Below are positions 15,446 to 29,320 of a stretch of DNA of 64,000 nucleotides, one piece after another. The stretch lies in the NCBI RefSeq assembly GCF_009914755.1, contig NC_060929.1; one strand, 5' to 3'. The first letter of the stretch is position 1. Each line of letters starts with the position of its first letter. The position numbers and the translations under genes are program-made. This stretch comes from the human T2T-CHM13v2.0 reference genome, Homo sapiens. The notes under the pieces are model-generated. The model worked only from the letters and a program-made list of their open reading frames with translations, made no database searches and had not been told where the DNA came from.

Positions 15446-16658
15446 TACTTAAATGAGAAATGTTTGTGCTTTGCTCAGTGCCTGGGCCAGAGTAAGGGCT
15501 TTGTTAGTAGTAACACAGTGGTGTTCTGATGTAGTAGCGCACACAGTGGGGTTCTGATGGCAAAATCTATTGAATATCCCCAATGGTGCTAATGCATCTT
15601 TCCTTCAGAGTTACTGTTCAATAAGCTGCTCCATGCTAGCCTAGAAATTAATTAAGTTTTTATCTCCTTTACCTTTTCACTATAAATTATAAAAGAGTTT
15701 TCTTTTTTAAATTTCTCAAATGCTACATATTTTAGAACTAGCATTTCCCCGGTGGACACAGTTATAAAGGAATAAGCTCTCTGACAGTAAGACCCAGGCT
15801 TAGTTCAGGGAAATGGTCCTTGAGATGAAATCAGTAGGTATTACCAACACCCATTTCAGCTCAATCTGTCTGATCCCCAGGAAAAGAGATCTCCATCATT
15901 TCATTCTGGAGGTATCAAATCAGTATTTTCTGGACCTCAGGATGAAGCCCTTGCTGTATGGCGTTAAAGTCCAGCACTTAGGTCATGTCCGATGTCATCC
16001 AGCTGTCCACCATCACTCACTGCACTGTCAGTAGCTCTGGTCACACTTGATGTCCTGAGTGCCAGTGGAAAGTTTGTCCCCAAGGCTGACTTGCTGCAGG
16101 CTTATGCAGGATTCTCCGGGCAAAGGCTTAGGAGTAAGGGGCTGGGAGTTTAAGATCTTAGAACAAAGCCCAAATTGTACCTTACAGGAGATGCTCTTGG
16201 GCAGGTTTGTGTCTCCCTCTGCGGAACCCAAGATGTGTTCCTTCAATGAGCATGTGTGTGACAGGCTGCCCATGAGGGGTGTGGGATGTGGAGAGAGGGG
16301 AGAAAGGGGCTTCTACTTCCCTCTAGTCAGCTCTCAAAAGGCTTTCCTGGAGAGGGGAGGGAACCCAGGAGTGCAGCTGCAAAGGAACCCTGAGATACGC
16401 TGGATGTGCCAGGGTCTATGGGGCATCGGTCACCTGTTGTGCTGTGACCAGGTGAGGGGTGGTTGGCTGCAGACAGCGCAGTCCTGGCATACAGGGGAGG
16501 AGATGGACAGGGGTGCACATGCCCAGATGGCTGACCTCTCACTCATTCCCTCATTCAGAACTGTTCACTCCGTGGACGCTCTGTGCCTGTGCCTGGCACT
16601 TGTTGTCTTTACAGTCTAAGGAGGAAGATAAACATTTAACAATTAAACAAATACATCA

Positions 16659-16993
16659 GGCTGGGCATGGAGGCTCACTCCTGTAATCCCAGCAGTTTGG
16701 GAGGCCGAGGCGGGTGGATCACTTGAGGTCAGAAGTTTGAGACCAGCCTAGCCAACATGGTGAAACCGCTGTCTCTACTAAAAATACAAAAATTAGTTGG
16801 GCGTGGTGGCATGTGCTAGTAGTCCCAGGTACTCGGGAGGCTGAGGCAGGAGAATTGCTTGAACCCAGGAGACAGAGGCTGCGGTGAGCCGAGATCATGC
16901 CACTACGCTCCAGCCTGGCCGGCAAAGCAAGACTCCATCTCAAAAAAAAAAAAAAAAAAAAAAAACAACAACAAACAAACAAACAAAAAAAAC
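16659..16993 (+). mobile_element. Alu (AluS-like) with long A/(CAAA)n tail
   Basis: Full dimer. Confidence 0.95.
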
Positions 16994-19900
16994 CCAAAAT
17001 GCATCAATCACAGACAGAAATAAGTCCTCTGAAGAAAATGGAGTTTTGTGATAAAAAATAACAAAAGGCAAATATTTTTGAGCAGCTGGAGAAGCCCTCT
17101 TTGAGGTGATATTAAGCAAAAAACTTAGAGAATGAGAAGAAATCGTCTAGGAGTAGGTGTGGGTCAAGGGGAATGGCATGAAATAAGATGAGCTGAGGCC
17201 CACAGCCTAAGAGATGCTCATAAATGAGTGAAGGTGGAGAGGTTGGCAAGGGCCGGATCACCCCCAACTTGCAGGCTGTGTAAGGAGTTATGAATTAGCA
17301 CTGAAGGGATTTAAGCAAGGGAACCACAGGGCTCAATGTATGTCTAAAAAAGCCCCCTATGGCTGCTGTGTTGGAGACTGGGACTTGAAGGAAGCTAGAC
17401 ACACAGCTTCTGAGTTGAGTTTTCCTCTTCTCATATTACACTGTCCTGTCGTTGTTTGGTTCCACCCCTCCCCTGCTGACCTCCCACCACACACCCAGCA
17501 GCCTCGCCAATGCTAAAGGACAGAGAAGTATTTGTAGCCCTCCATCAGCAGCCCTGACCCACAGGCAATAATTGCTTGCTAATTAGATCAGCTGTGACGG
17601 ATCTTCCTAGGAAAGGGGTGTAGGTCCTGAGCCTTTGAGTCTAAGTATACTGTTCCGAAGGGGACCTATTTGGGCATCAAAATTCTTTGTTTAAAAAGAA
17701 TCAGTTATATCAGTTCATAGTCTTACCCACTCCACACTGGCACCAGGGACTCTGGACCACAGATGGCTTGGTGAAGAGATACAGAGCAGAGAAGTATTAC
17801 TGAAGAGCAGTCTAACTTGTGGTGAGATGTCATCCCCTCAAGCAAACTTGGTACACTATTTTAATACTGTGGGGAGCTTGGGCAAAAGGCTGTGTATTGT
17901 TCAGCTTTTCCTCCCCAGGGCCTTAGGAGGATGGTTGGAGAGAGAAATCTCTGCACATTTGAGGAATTAAACTGAATGTAGACAGATGTTGTGAAAGATG
18001 GGGAGCCCTGACTGCAGCTACTTTGTGGAATGCAAGGACCACCAAGATTAGATGGGAAATGTGATCTTGGAACTGGCATGGGTGCTGGAGGCAAGATGCG
18101 GTTTTGCATAAAGAGGCTGGTAGAAAGTGCTTTGGGTGACAGTTCATCTCCTGGGTGACATTTGTATATCTAAAGAGGATGGAAAGATGAACAACACAGT
18201 CTATTCTATGAGGATAATTATGTCAGGCGACCATATGCAGACTGCTAAGTTGTGGCGTTCCCATTCCAGTGGGCCAAGTGGCAGGCGATATAGTAATACT
18301 GTGATATGTTTGAGGTGTGTGGAAAGGAAGGCAGAATTCAGAGGGCAACAGGAATCATGACAGCCTTGGTACGACACTAGCAGGAAGAAAGAGCTATGAC
18401 TGAAGAAGGCATTTGTCACCTTTGTTCCACACACATAGAATGACAGTGTAGTTGTCAGCTGTTGCAGATAAAGGGAAATTAGAATTACATTAGATATCTG
18501 GAAGAACTCTCCAGCTGTAAGAGTTTGGAGAGGCTGTGATTAGATTACCAAGCAGAAAAAAAAAATGGTTGCCTTATGTGACTGGGAATTTGTGAGTTGC
18601 ATGCTATGTGCCAGGTATGGTAGTCATTGTATCTGTCATTGCAACTTCATGGAGCTGGTATTTTTATGCCCATTTTATGGATGTGAAATCTGAGGCCCAT
18701 GATGGTTTGGTTTGCCCGGTGTCATACAGTGGGTAAGTGCCTGGTTTCAGTGCCTGTGTTTCTTCACCCACGCTCTTTAACTGGTGATTTTAACAAAAAG
18801 CTTCAACAATGATTTTTAGGGGCTTAATCATTCCCCTATTTATTTTTATTGGGTTTCCTCCAAGCCCTTATCCAGTGGCATATTCCTAAGAAGCCCTGGT
18901 AAAGCTTCTTAGGGCCAGGGCCACCCATCTTGGTTATGAGGACATTCCTGTGTCTTCCCTGAAACCACGGTCTTGCTAAATGTCGACTGAAAACATGTAT
19001 GAATGAGACCTCCTCCGACTCCTGCCAATTGATGGGGCCCAACATTTAGCAGGTCATGCAATCAAGCTCTGCAGATGGACGTGCTCTTTCTTTCCTCAAG
19101 AAAGAGATATCCAGGCATCTGAGGACTTAGCATAGAAAAAGCTCTAGGTGGGAACGAAGGTGGCCACATTGTACATCTTCAAAGAGTTTAAATTAGTTGT
19201 GTAATTTTTAAAAAAATTTGGGAAACTTTCACATAAAAAAAGTCTTCATCTCCTTTTGAAAAACTAGAAGCTCCACCATTCTGTTTCCTGGTATCTGGCA
19301 CTCTTCATTCCTTACCTTGCTTGTAGAAATCAGAGTTTGTAACCCTTAAGCTAGAACAAAGCTAACTGACCCAAATGCCCAGCTGATGTTCTGTGCATAA
19401 GCACCAAAAGAGCCATACTGATCATTGAAAGTACGAGATACTTCCTGCTCCCATCTGGGGAGCTTTTAAACTACCCTTACCTGGCAACTGCCCTGCACCA
19501 ATTGAATCAGTACCCCTGAGGATGGAGTTCATACTAGTATTTTCCTTTTTTATAAGCTCCCCAAGTGGCTCTAATCTGCAGCCAAGTTAGGAAGCTCCGC
19601 TTTAGGGTTTCCCCATAAATAGCACTCCAGGCTTGGGTCTCTGTCAGAGAGATGAGCTCCTGAAATCTTGTGTGCAAAGTGGCTGCTTAGTCTGCTCACA
19701 GCATCTCTTAGGTGGCCCTATTCACCCTGTCCTGACAAGCAACTGGGTCTTTATGACTTTTACGTCTATGCTTCCAGAGTTAAGACATGTTTTTACAGAA
19801 TTGTGGGTGGGGAAAGAGAATAGATGAGGAATGAACCGAGAATTATTTCCTTTTTCCTTTGAAATGCTTTGGACATTAAGACTATCATATGGCAAAGCTT

Positions 19901-21669
19901 AAACTTCCTAGGAAACAAGTAATGACATTTCGAAGCCACTTGCTCTTTAGGTGCATCCTTGCTTCAGAAGTAAGACACATAATAAAATATAAGACAAACG
20001 TGACAGGTTTCTTTGAAGTCTTTTTCATCTCCTGAGGAGAAATTTTCATCAGCAAGCATTGGGAGAGCTTGGTCTCTGTGGGTGTGTGACGGCCGCTGTA
20101 GGCGAAGCTACAATTATATCCATTCCAACCAACCCCCGCTGCAGGGTGCCGGGCAAAGGCCATGTCCATCAGTGATGTCTTCATCCAGGGCTACCCTGGT
20201 CAAGAGTGCAAATGGCAGAAAATGACATTTGCGTCTGGGCAAAAAGCATCATAAATGTTCACAGCTGTGGCTCCTCAGGGTCTTCCTTATCACTCAGGCA
20301 TGGTGGGTTTTGTGTTCACTCAGGGTGAGACCTTTGCTCTTCCATCAGCCAGAAGGCTTCCAGGGCCTCCTCTGTCTACTCAGAGGGAAGATATTTGCTG
20401 GAGCACCAGACAGGTCTCAGTCCAAAGTTCAAGGTCTTTGTCATAAAGTGGCCAGTCCCGTTTCACATTTGGAAAGTCAACGCTTGCACTTGGAGACTCA
20501 GCCTGACATTTATTTCCAGCTTCCCATGGAAAACAACTTTGTTTTTCAAGAAACAAGGAGGATATTAAACACTAGAGAATCTCTTTTACAATATTTAAAG
20601 ATTTTTTTTAGAATTCAAGTTTTATTTTCTCTTTTGCTCCTTTTTCTATCTCCTTTAAAAAAATGATAAAATTGGTAACAAAGTAGAAGGGCAATGTAAA
20701 TTAAAAAACACTAGGTTTTCAGAGGATCTGGATTCAACCTCCTTCCCACTTACCTGGGGACCTGCATACAGTTACTTAAATAATCAGTTTTATCACCTGC
20801 AAAACTGGGAGCAGAATGTCTGCTCAAGGTGAGGATAAATAAGTCTTTCATCAAGGTTTGATGATTTACTATTTAGGGGGCTTATCTCTGCATGCCAGGA
20901 ACTCTTGGGAAGCCCCTTGGAGTGTGTTCACGACCACTTAAATGAGAGGACAGTGGAAATCTCTGCTGAAATAAGAATGACTTGACTTTATCCATTTATA
21001 CTGGCTTAGCTATGGAACTGTTCATGTTTTACAAGGGCTGGTCTTGAAATTTTGGGCTCAAGAGATCCTCTTGCCTCAGCATCCCAAAGTGCTAGGAATA
21101 CAGGCATGGACCAAGAATGTCATCTGATGAATTTAGATTAAAGAGAGAAGAGGAGTAACATTGACACTCCTGTGTGGTGCCTGGGTAGCCCTGAATAAGC
21201 CTCATCTTGGCCAGTCCCTTGCCAAGAACATCTTTCCTTTCTTCTCTGCTCAAACGAACAATTCCACCCTTTGAAGCCTAGTTCATTTAATAACCTGCTT
21301 TTTCGATTGCCCCAGCCTAAAGAGCTTGCCTTTTCTGCACTTTTAATTCACTCATTGTCATTTATGATTGATGATTTATTTAACTATTTAATTAGTGATT
21401 GATGTCCTAGATTCCATTTTAATTGAATGCAATTTGTCTCATATTGCTGTTTAATTTTTTCATTTATCTCTGTCTAGTGGAAATGGCAGTGATCTGAATT
21501 TTACTTTTGGCTTTACTTCAAACTGTGTATCCTAAGAAAGATAGGTAACCTTTCTGGGCTTCAGAGCCCCAGTTATAAAACTCCATAATTCTGTTTCTTA
21601 CCTTACCACTCAAGCTTAGTTTCTTACATGATTCTTGTTGAATTGTTTTATTTTGTTGTCAGAGTCATC

Positions 21670-22242
21670 GTAGTAGGCTGTTTCTAACATGGTCCCCCAT
21701 GATCCCTGCTTCCTCCTATTCACACCCTTGTGTAATCCCCTGCCCTTAAGTGTGGGCTGGACTCAGTGAATTGAATATGGTAAAAGTGATGGGATGTCAA
21801 GTCTGTAATTAGTTTGGAAGAGACTGTGACTCCTGTTTTGTTAGTATCTTCTCACATGCTTGCTCCAATGGAGAGGGTGACTTAAAAAGGAATTGAGAGT
21901 GGCTTCTGGTCAAGAGTCAGCAAGTAACTTAGTTCAACAGCCTGTGAACAACTGAATCTTACTAACAACCACTGAGTTATCATGGAAGCGGATCTGGTCC
22001 CAATTGAACTTTGAGATAGCTGAGCTCTAGTTAACACCTTGTGATTGTAGTCTTGTGAGAGACCGTAGGCTAACACCTTAATTGTAGCCTCATGACAGAT
22101 TTTAAAGCAGAGGAGCCCGCTAAGCCATGCCTGAATTTCTGCCCACAGCCATGCCCACAGCAATGGTGAGATACTAAATGTGTGTTGTTTGAAGCCACTA
22201 AGTTTTTGAGAAATTTGTTATGCAGCAGTAGATAACTAATAC
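21670..22242 (+). mobile_element. MLT1 (E/F-like) MaLR LTR
   Basis: 'cacacccttgtgtaatcccctgcccttaagtgtgggctggac' and 3' end 'gccactaagttttt...tgttatgcagcagtagataactaatac'. Confidence 0.8.
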
Positions 22243-22261
22243 TATCTGTGAGATATCTACC

Positions 22262-22650
22262 TGTATTGATCAGATTAGGCTAAATTATGCTGCAGTAACA
22301 AATGACCAAAAATCTCAGTAGCTTACATCCACAAAAGTTTATTCCTTACTCACATTATATGTCCATTGAAGGTTGGCTGTAACTATGGTTAACAGTTTCT
22401 TCCCTTCAGAACACTCCAGAACTCAGGCTGACAGACCTGCCTCTATCTGGAACATTGCAAATCATCCTGGAAGAGGAAAAAGAGAGCAGGGCAAAGTATG
22501 CGTTGGTTTTTACAGCTTCCGCATGGAAAGGTTATATCATACATCTACTTGTATTTCTTGGGCCAGTGCTAGTCACATGGTCACATATCAGTTCAACAGG
22601 GCCCCAAAGTATAATCCTCCTCCAAGAAGGGGCACTACATATTTGTGAAC
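22262..22650 (-). mobile_element. Old MLT1 (J/K/L-like) LTR
   Basis: 'ttatgctgcagtaacaaat...aaatctcagtagctta...aaaagtttattcct' start motif. Confidence 0.65.
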
Positions 22651-24519
22651 AGTGACACAGTGTAAATGGTACATGGTCAGAGGGAGTGGTAGCCTTGCCG
22701 TGCTATGATGTACAGAAAAGAGAAGGAACAGCTTACGTCCACAAATGGATGTGTATAGAAAGCCCAAGTCTTGTCTAAGAGACAAGGCTATGATTGAAGA
22801 GCTATCTTTCCTAGAGAAGAGTGAAAAATTAAGGGAATGTGAAACAGTAAGGGAAGTTGAGGGTTTTTACCAGCCCCATAGTCTCCATTGTCACTTCCCT
22901 AAGATCCCCCACAACCAGTGAACTCTCTGTGACAAATGCAGCTTCAAGACATGCCCCCTAGCACCCTTCTTCTGATTGGTTAGATTGCCTTCCCTAAATT
23001 CTCTAAGTTTTCTCTGTATAGAAATATAAGCACCTCCCTTGTCTTTATAACTTTATGAATAATCCTGTTCATAAAGTTAAACTGTGTTTTCATACAACTG
23101 TCTCGCAGCAGTCAATTAATGGGAGAGGAAACCTGAAACATGGTCCTGGGCAAGCCTGCCATCCTATGGGCTTCAGTCTTCTCAAAGTCCCACTCTAATC
23201 TCGCCTTCCTGAGTAATAAGCACAGTCCCTGTGGGCTTTCCGCAAATGTTGGAGGAGCTTAAGGAGTGATTGCTAGCTCATCTACCTCAGAGGCCTCACC
23301 AGGCTGGCTTTGGAGAAGCAGCTTCATGGGAAGTGCTGAGATCTGAATGGTAATACATCTAGCTTGCAGAGAAGCTTGCAGGAGAAGTCAGACCCTGACT
23401 TAGCTGGTAAGCCAAGCCAACGTGATGAATCTATTGCTAAAACCAGAATCAGATTAAACTTCTCCTGACACACAGCAGATAAACGTCAGGGCCAGAAATC
23501 CCCTAAAAAATAAAGGAGAGATTGGTTGATGATCCTTCCTCCCATAAAATATACTTTTGCCCCCAGGCCCTGCCTCTCTGGATCATGCCAGATGGTATTC
23601 TGTTTTTCCTGAGGTTATAATTTATGTCAAAAGAAATAGACCTCACTTAGATGAGTTCTGAAGGAAGCATAGAAGAGTCTCAGAATTGTGGTTTAAAAAG
23701 TGACCTTAGATGCCTTTAAAGACAAACTCCTGTCCTGCACAGGAATAATTTTCTCCAAGTCCATAATCTAGGCCATCAAAAACACACTGGAAATTGGTGA
23801 TCAGGGACAAGATTTAAACTCCCCAGGATTCTTTAGGGTATGATCCTGCCCAAGTTTCTTCCCCCTCGTATTGCACCATGGAGTGTGAGGGGAAAGCATT
23901 GCAGTAGAAGTCTGTGGCAAGAGTGTGGAGACTATACCTCTTCCAGTGACACAGCAAGTTTTGCATTTAGAAAAATTGTTCCATCTTGCAATTGAAATGC
24001 ACTTAGTTGTCAGAGGAACTGTTGAGAGAGGCCATAGTCTATACTTCAGATATCCTGCTTCTGAGACTGACTATCTGTTAAACAATTTATTCCTCTCTGG
24101 CACATTTTTTTTTCCTGGTATGAGGATGATAACGGTGTTTCTAGACAGTAAATTGTCAGTGCTTCTAAAGTGCTTGGTGCATCACAGATTATGTGCTTTA
24201 CTGAATGGTCATCTAGTTAGTGTCTACAGGTTATCTTTCATTTCATAGCAATTAACTTTCCCCTATACATCTGGTTATCAGGCACTATAATAAATACTGG
24301 GAATATAAGAGTGATTAGATATATTCCCTGCCCTCCAGGATCTCCTTGTCTAGCAAGTGAGATAGATATATGATCATATGATGGAACACATTAGACGTAT
24401 CAATAAATATGTGTATAAAGATCTATAGAAACAAAGACAAGGCAGATCTCATGGTGTGATGGAGCCGTGATGAGGAAGACTTCAGATAGAATGTGTCTCA
24501 AAGTATGAGTTTTTTTTTT

Positions 24520-25250
24520 TGAACAGATGGTTCACAAAAGAAGATATATTAATGGCCAATAAACATATGAAAAGATGTTCAACATCATTAGTCATCAGAA
24601 AATTGCAAAATAAAACCACAAAGACATATCATTTCACTCTCACTTGATTAGGTAAAATTATAGACCAATCGTACCAATGCTGGCAAAGACATAGAACTAC
24701 CCTAGCCTACTGGTGGAAATATAAAATGATACAATGACTTTGGCAGTTTGTTAAAAAAATTACACATACATCTACCAAAAGAACTAGCCATTTCACTGCT
24801 AAGCACTTACTCAAGAGAAGTGAATACATATGTTCATAAAAAAACTTGCACATAAATGTTCATAGCAGCTTTGTTTGTTATATCAAAAACGGAAACAACT
24901 CCAATGTCCATCAACAGATGAATGGATAAACAACTGTGATATATTCACACGACGGAATGCTGCTTAGCTATGGAAAGAAATGAGTTATTGATACACACAA
25001 TAACATGTTTGAGTCTCACAATAATTATGCTGAGTGAAAGAAGACAGACAAAAAAAGTACATATCGTATGACTTCAATTATACAAAATTCTAGAGAATGC
25101 AAACTAACCTGTGATGATAGAAAAATGAGTCAGTGGTTGCCTGGGGACAGGATGGAGGAAGGATGGATTGCCAAGGGGCAGAAGGAAACTTCTGAAGGTG
25201 ATTGAAACTTTTATCTTTATTGTAGTGATGGTTTCACAGTGTATATATGT
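24520..25250 (+). mobile_element. Old L1M (L1ME/MC-like) 3' region
   Basis: 'aatggccaataaacatatgaaaagatgttcaacatcattagtcatcag', 'tgtccatcaacagatgaatggataaa'. Confidence 0.85.
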
Positions 25251-25427
25251 GGCAGACATAAACTAAGGTGACGCCAGTGATCTCTGCCTTTTGTATTCAC
25301 CCCTTTGTGTGATCCCCTTTCCTTGAGTATGGATGGGAACTGTGAATTGCTTCTAACCAATACCATATAGCAAAAGTGATTAACTGTTACTTCTGCAACT
25401 ACATTACATTATTTAAAGCTCCATCTT

Positions 25428-26338
<911 letters not shown>

Positions 26339-26811
26339 TAAAGCTCCATCTTAGCAGACTGCACTTAAACAGTCACCTTTTGTCCTTAATGAAGTGGCCA
26401 TATTGAGGGAACTCAGGTGGTAAAGAATGAAGGGTGGCTTCTAAAAACTATGAGTTGCCTCTTTAAAACCTGAGGGTGGCCTGCAGCCAACAGCTAGCAA
26501 GAGGTGGGGGCCTTTAATCATACATCCACAAGGAAATAAATTCTGCCGATAGGAAGCATGAGGTTTTTAGATGTTCAAGGTATGGTAAAGACATTCGAGG
26601 ACTAGGAAAGGGCATGAACAAAGGCAGACACATGTGTAGTCATTAGTGTTGTTCCATAATGTTTGCATTCTAGGTACTTGCTAACACTGTAATTCTTAGT
26701 CCTTTTGACTTTGGTGGAGCTGTGTGATTACTTCAGGCTAATGAGTTGGAAGGAAAAGTGAAGTATCACTTATGAGTCAAAGCTTTTAGTTGTTCATTAA
26801 AGACTGTCCAG

Positions 26812-26993
26812 AACTCTTTTTTCCATTTGGAACAAAATTAGCCACTTTAGAGATGGTGGATGATCTGTCAGTCTGGGTCCCTGAGTGACGATGAATAGAA
26901 CAAACTCTTTTTTCCATTTGGAACAAAATTAGCCACTTTAGAGATGGTAGATGGTCTGTCAGTCTGGATCCCTGAGTGACGATGAATAGAACA
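26812..26993. repeat. 91-bp direct tandem duplication inside an old MLT1-like LTR
   Basis: 26812-26902 vs 26903-26993, 3 mismatches. Confidence 0.95.
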
Positions 26994-28671
26994 CTCCATC
27001 AATTCTTGATGCACATGGGACACGAGTGAGAAATATAACTGCGTATTTTTTAAGTCACCAAGATTTGGGAGTTGTTTGTTGTAGCAGCATAACCTAGTAA
27101 ATTCGGTGCAAAATTAAGAAATAAGGCTGATGTACCTACAAAGTAAAATATATCTGATGGAACTGGTTGGGAGCAGAGAAAAATGAGATTAGAAATATGG
27201 CCAGAGCCATATTATAAGAAACTTCAACACCATGCTGAGAAGTTGACTTGAACCTATAGACAATGAACAATCACTGAATGATTCAAAATTGCTCCCTATT
27301 AAGTCATATAGTTAATTTCTTGGGTATTCTAATCAGCTGCTTTAGTGCTAGTTTTACACTTTCTGTAAGCTTAGGAGATCTGGATCTGGAAAAGTTAGAG
27401 GAGAAGATGGTGTTAGCGGTGGCATGTAAAGTGTGGTTTTGGCATGCCACCCCTGCCGCACTCCAACAAGGTGTGCTGTGCTGGGATCCAGATAAATGTT
27501 TCCTTGTCCTAGGAAACAATCTATCTCTTGGTCAGTGCTATCTCCCTATATCTGAAAAGGACCACTTTTCTCAGGCTAGACCTTTAGGTTAAAAGCTTGT
27601 TTTTAGTATTTGAAAAATGAAATCTTTTGGGTTCATCTGTGCTCCTACCACCTGTTTATTGGATCCAAATTTGGAACTATCTATTGCCACTCTGGATTTT
27701 CTTTTTGTGCTCCAAAGTTCCTTTTCAGGCTTGTTTCCCATTATGCTTCCCCGTCTCTCACATTCCCATGCACCCTGCTCTCCAGCAACCCAGAGCACTC
27801 AGTGCTCCCCAGATCTCCTACCTTGATGACTTGACTTTGCTGCCTGCCCGCCCCCAAGGTCCCAGAGTGGGATGTTTGCTATTGTTGGAATTCTACCCAT
27901 CCCCTAGGACTCAGTAGCTCATTCAAAGGATGCCCCTTTTTCACGAAGATTCCCTCTTGTGGCAATGAATCTCTGACTTCTCTGGGCTCCTCTTTCTCTA
28001 GTAGGACCCTCATCTCACTAAGTCATTGTATTTTAGGAGTTTGTGGACGTGGGCACAAATGACTAGACCCAAAGATCCTCAAGGCAAGAAGTGTCTGGAT
28101 TATCTCAGCAGTCCTCAAAATACTTAGCAGAGTTGTGAGCATATAGGGCACCCAGATTTTAAAATTAAGTCTTGAAATGGAAAGCTTTTCAATTGGAAGC
28201 TTAAAAAATTGACTGAAAAGCTTTGTTTAATTTCGCCTGCTTTGCTCCTTCAGAAGCAGTCTGTAAAGCACATGTTCTTTGCTACTGCATCTCCACCCCT
28301 CCCAATTTAGAACCGACTCCAAGTGTCCTTTACTTACAGATTATTTTCTTTCAGATAGTGATAAAGATGTTTAGTTAGAACACAGTGAATAGCAGTTCCT
28401 TTGGAAGGCTATGGCTTGGAAGTAAACAGAACATAAATGTCAATGGGAATTAATCTCTCTTCTGCAGGGAGGAAGAGTGGAGAGCAAACAATGTAGAAAT
28501 GAAAAAAAGTCACCCAAGAGATTGCATATGTGTACCAAAGAGAACAGAGTGATGTTTAACTTGGAGGAAAGTGCAACTAACACAAATAAGGAGAAACAGT
28601 CTTAAATATGAATATTTAGGAAGTCAATAAAACTGAGGACTTACCAAAATTTAAATTGAAATTTTAAATTT

Positions 28672-29320
28672 TTATTTTATTTTTGTCACAGGGGCTCACT
28701 TTGTCACCCAAGCTGGAGTGCAGTGGTGGTGTGATCATTGCTCATTGCAACCTCAACTTCTTGAGCCCAATTAATCCTCCTACCTCAGCCTCCTGAGTAG
28801 CTGGGACTACAGGCATGTGCCACCACTTCTGACTAAGTTTTTTTTCTTTTCTTTTTTTTTTCTTTTGTAGAGATGTGGTTTCACCATGTTGACCAGACTG
28901 TTTTTTTGTTTTGTTTTGTTTTGTTTTGTTTTGTTTTGTTTTTGAGACAGAGCCTCGCTTTGTCACCTAGGCTGGAGTGTAGTGGTGTGATCTCAGCTCA
29001 CTGCAACTTCTGCCCTGCTGGGTTCAAGTAATTCTCCTGCCTCAGCCTCCCAAGTAGCTGGGATTACAGGTGCATACCACCACGCCTGGCTAATTTGTGT
29101 ACTTTTAGTAGAGATGGGGTTTTGCCATGTTGGCCAGGCTGATCTCAAACTCCTGACCTCAGGTGATCCACCTGCCTTGGCCTCCCAAAGTGCTGGGATT
29201 ATGGGCGTGAGCCATTGTGCCCAGCCAGACCAGACTGGTCTTGAACTTTTGAGCTCAAATAATCCTCTTGCCTCGGCCTTCCAAAGTGTTAGGATTACAG
29301 GTGTAAGCCACTGCACCTCG
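28672..29320 (-). mobile_element. AluJ interrupted by an AluS (about 28901-29226); TSD GACCAGACTG
   Basis: gaccagactg at 28891-28900 and 29228-29237; AluJ sequence resumes after the insert. Confidence 0.92.

Noticed and set aside
20100-20135. Kinesin-like motif WNGYNCSFAY on the minus strand
   Set aside because: No following P-loop (GQTGSGKT) and no other kinesin motifs; likely chance
26812-26993. CRISPR-like or prokaryotic repeat system
   Set aside because: A two-copy tandem duplication with no spacers, in clearly primate DNA; no prokaryotic or foreign insert was seen anywhere in the window
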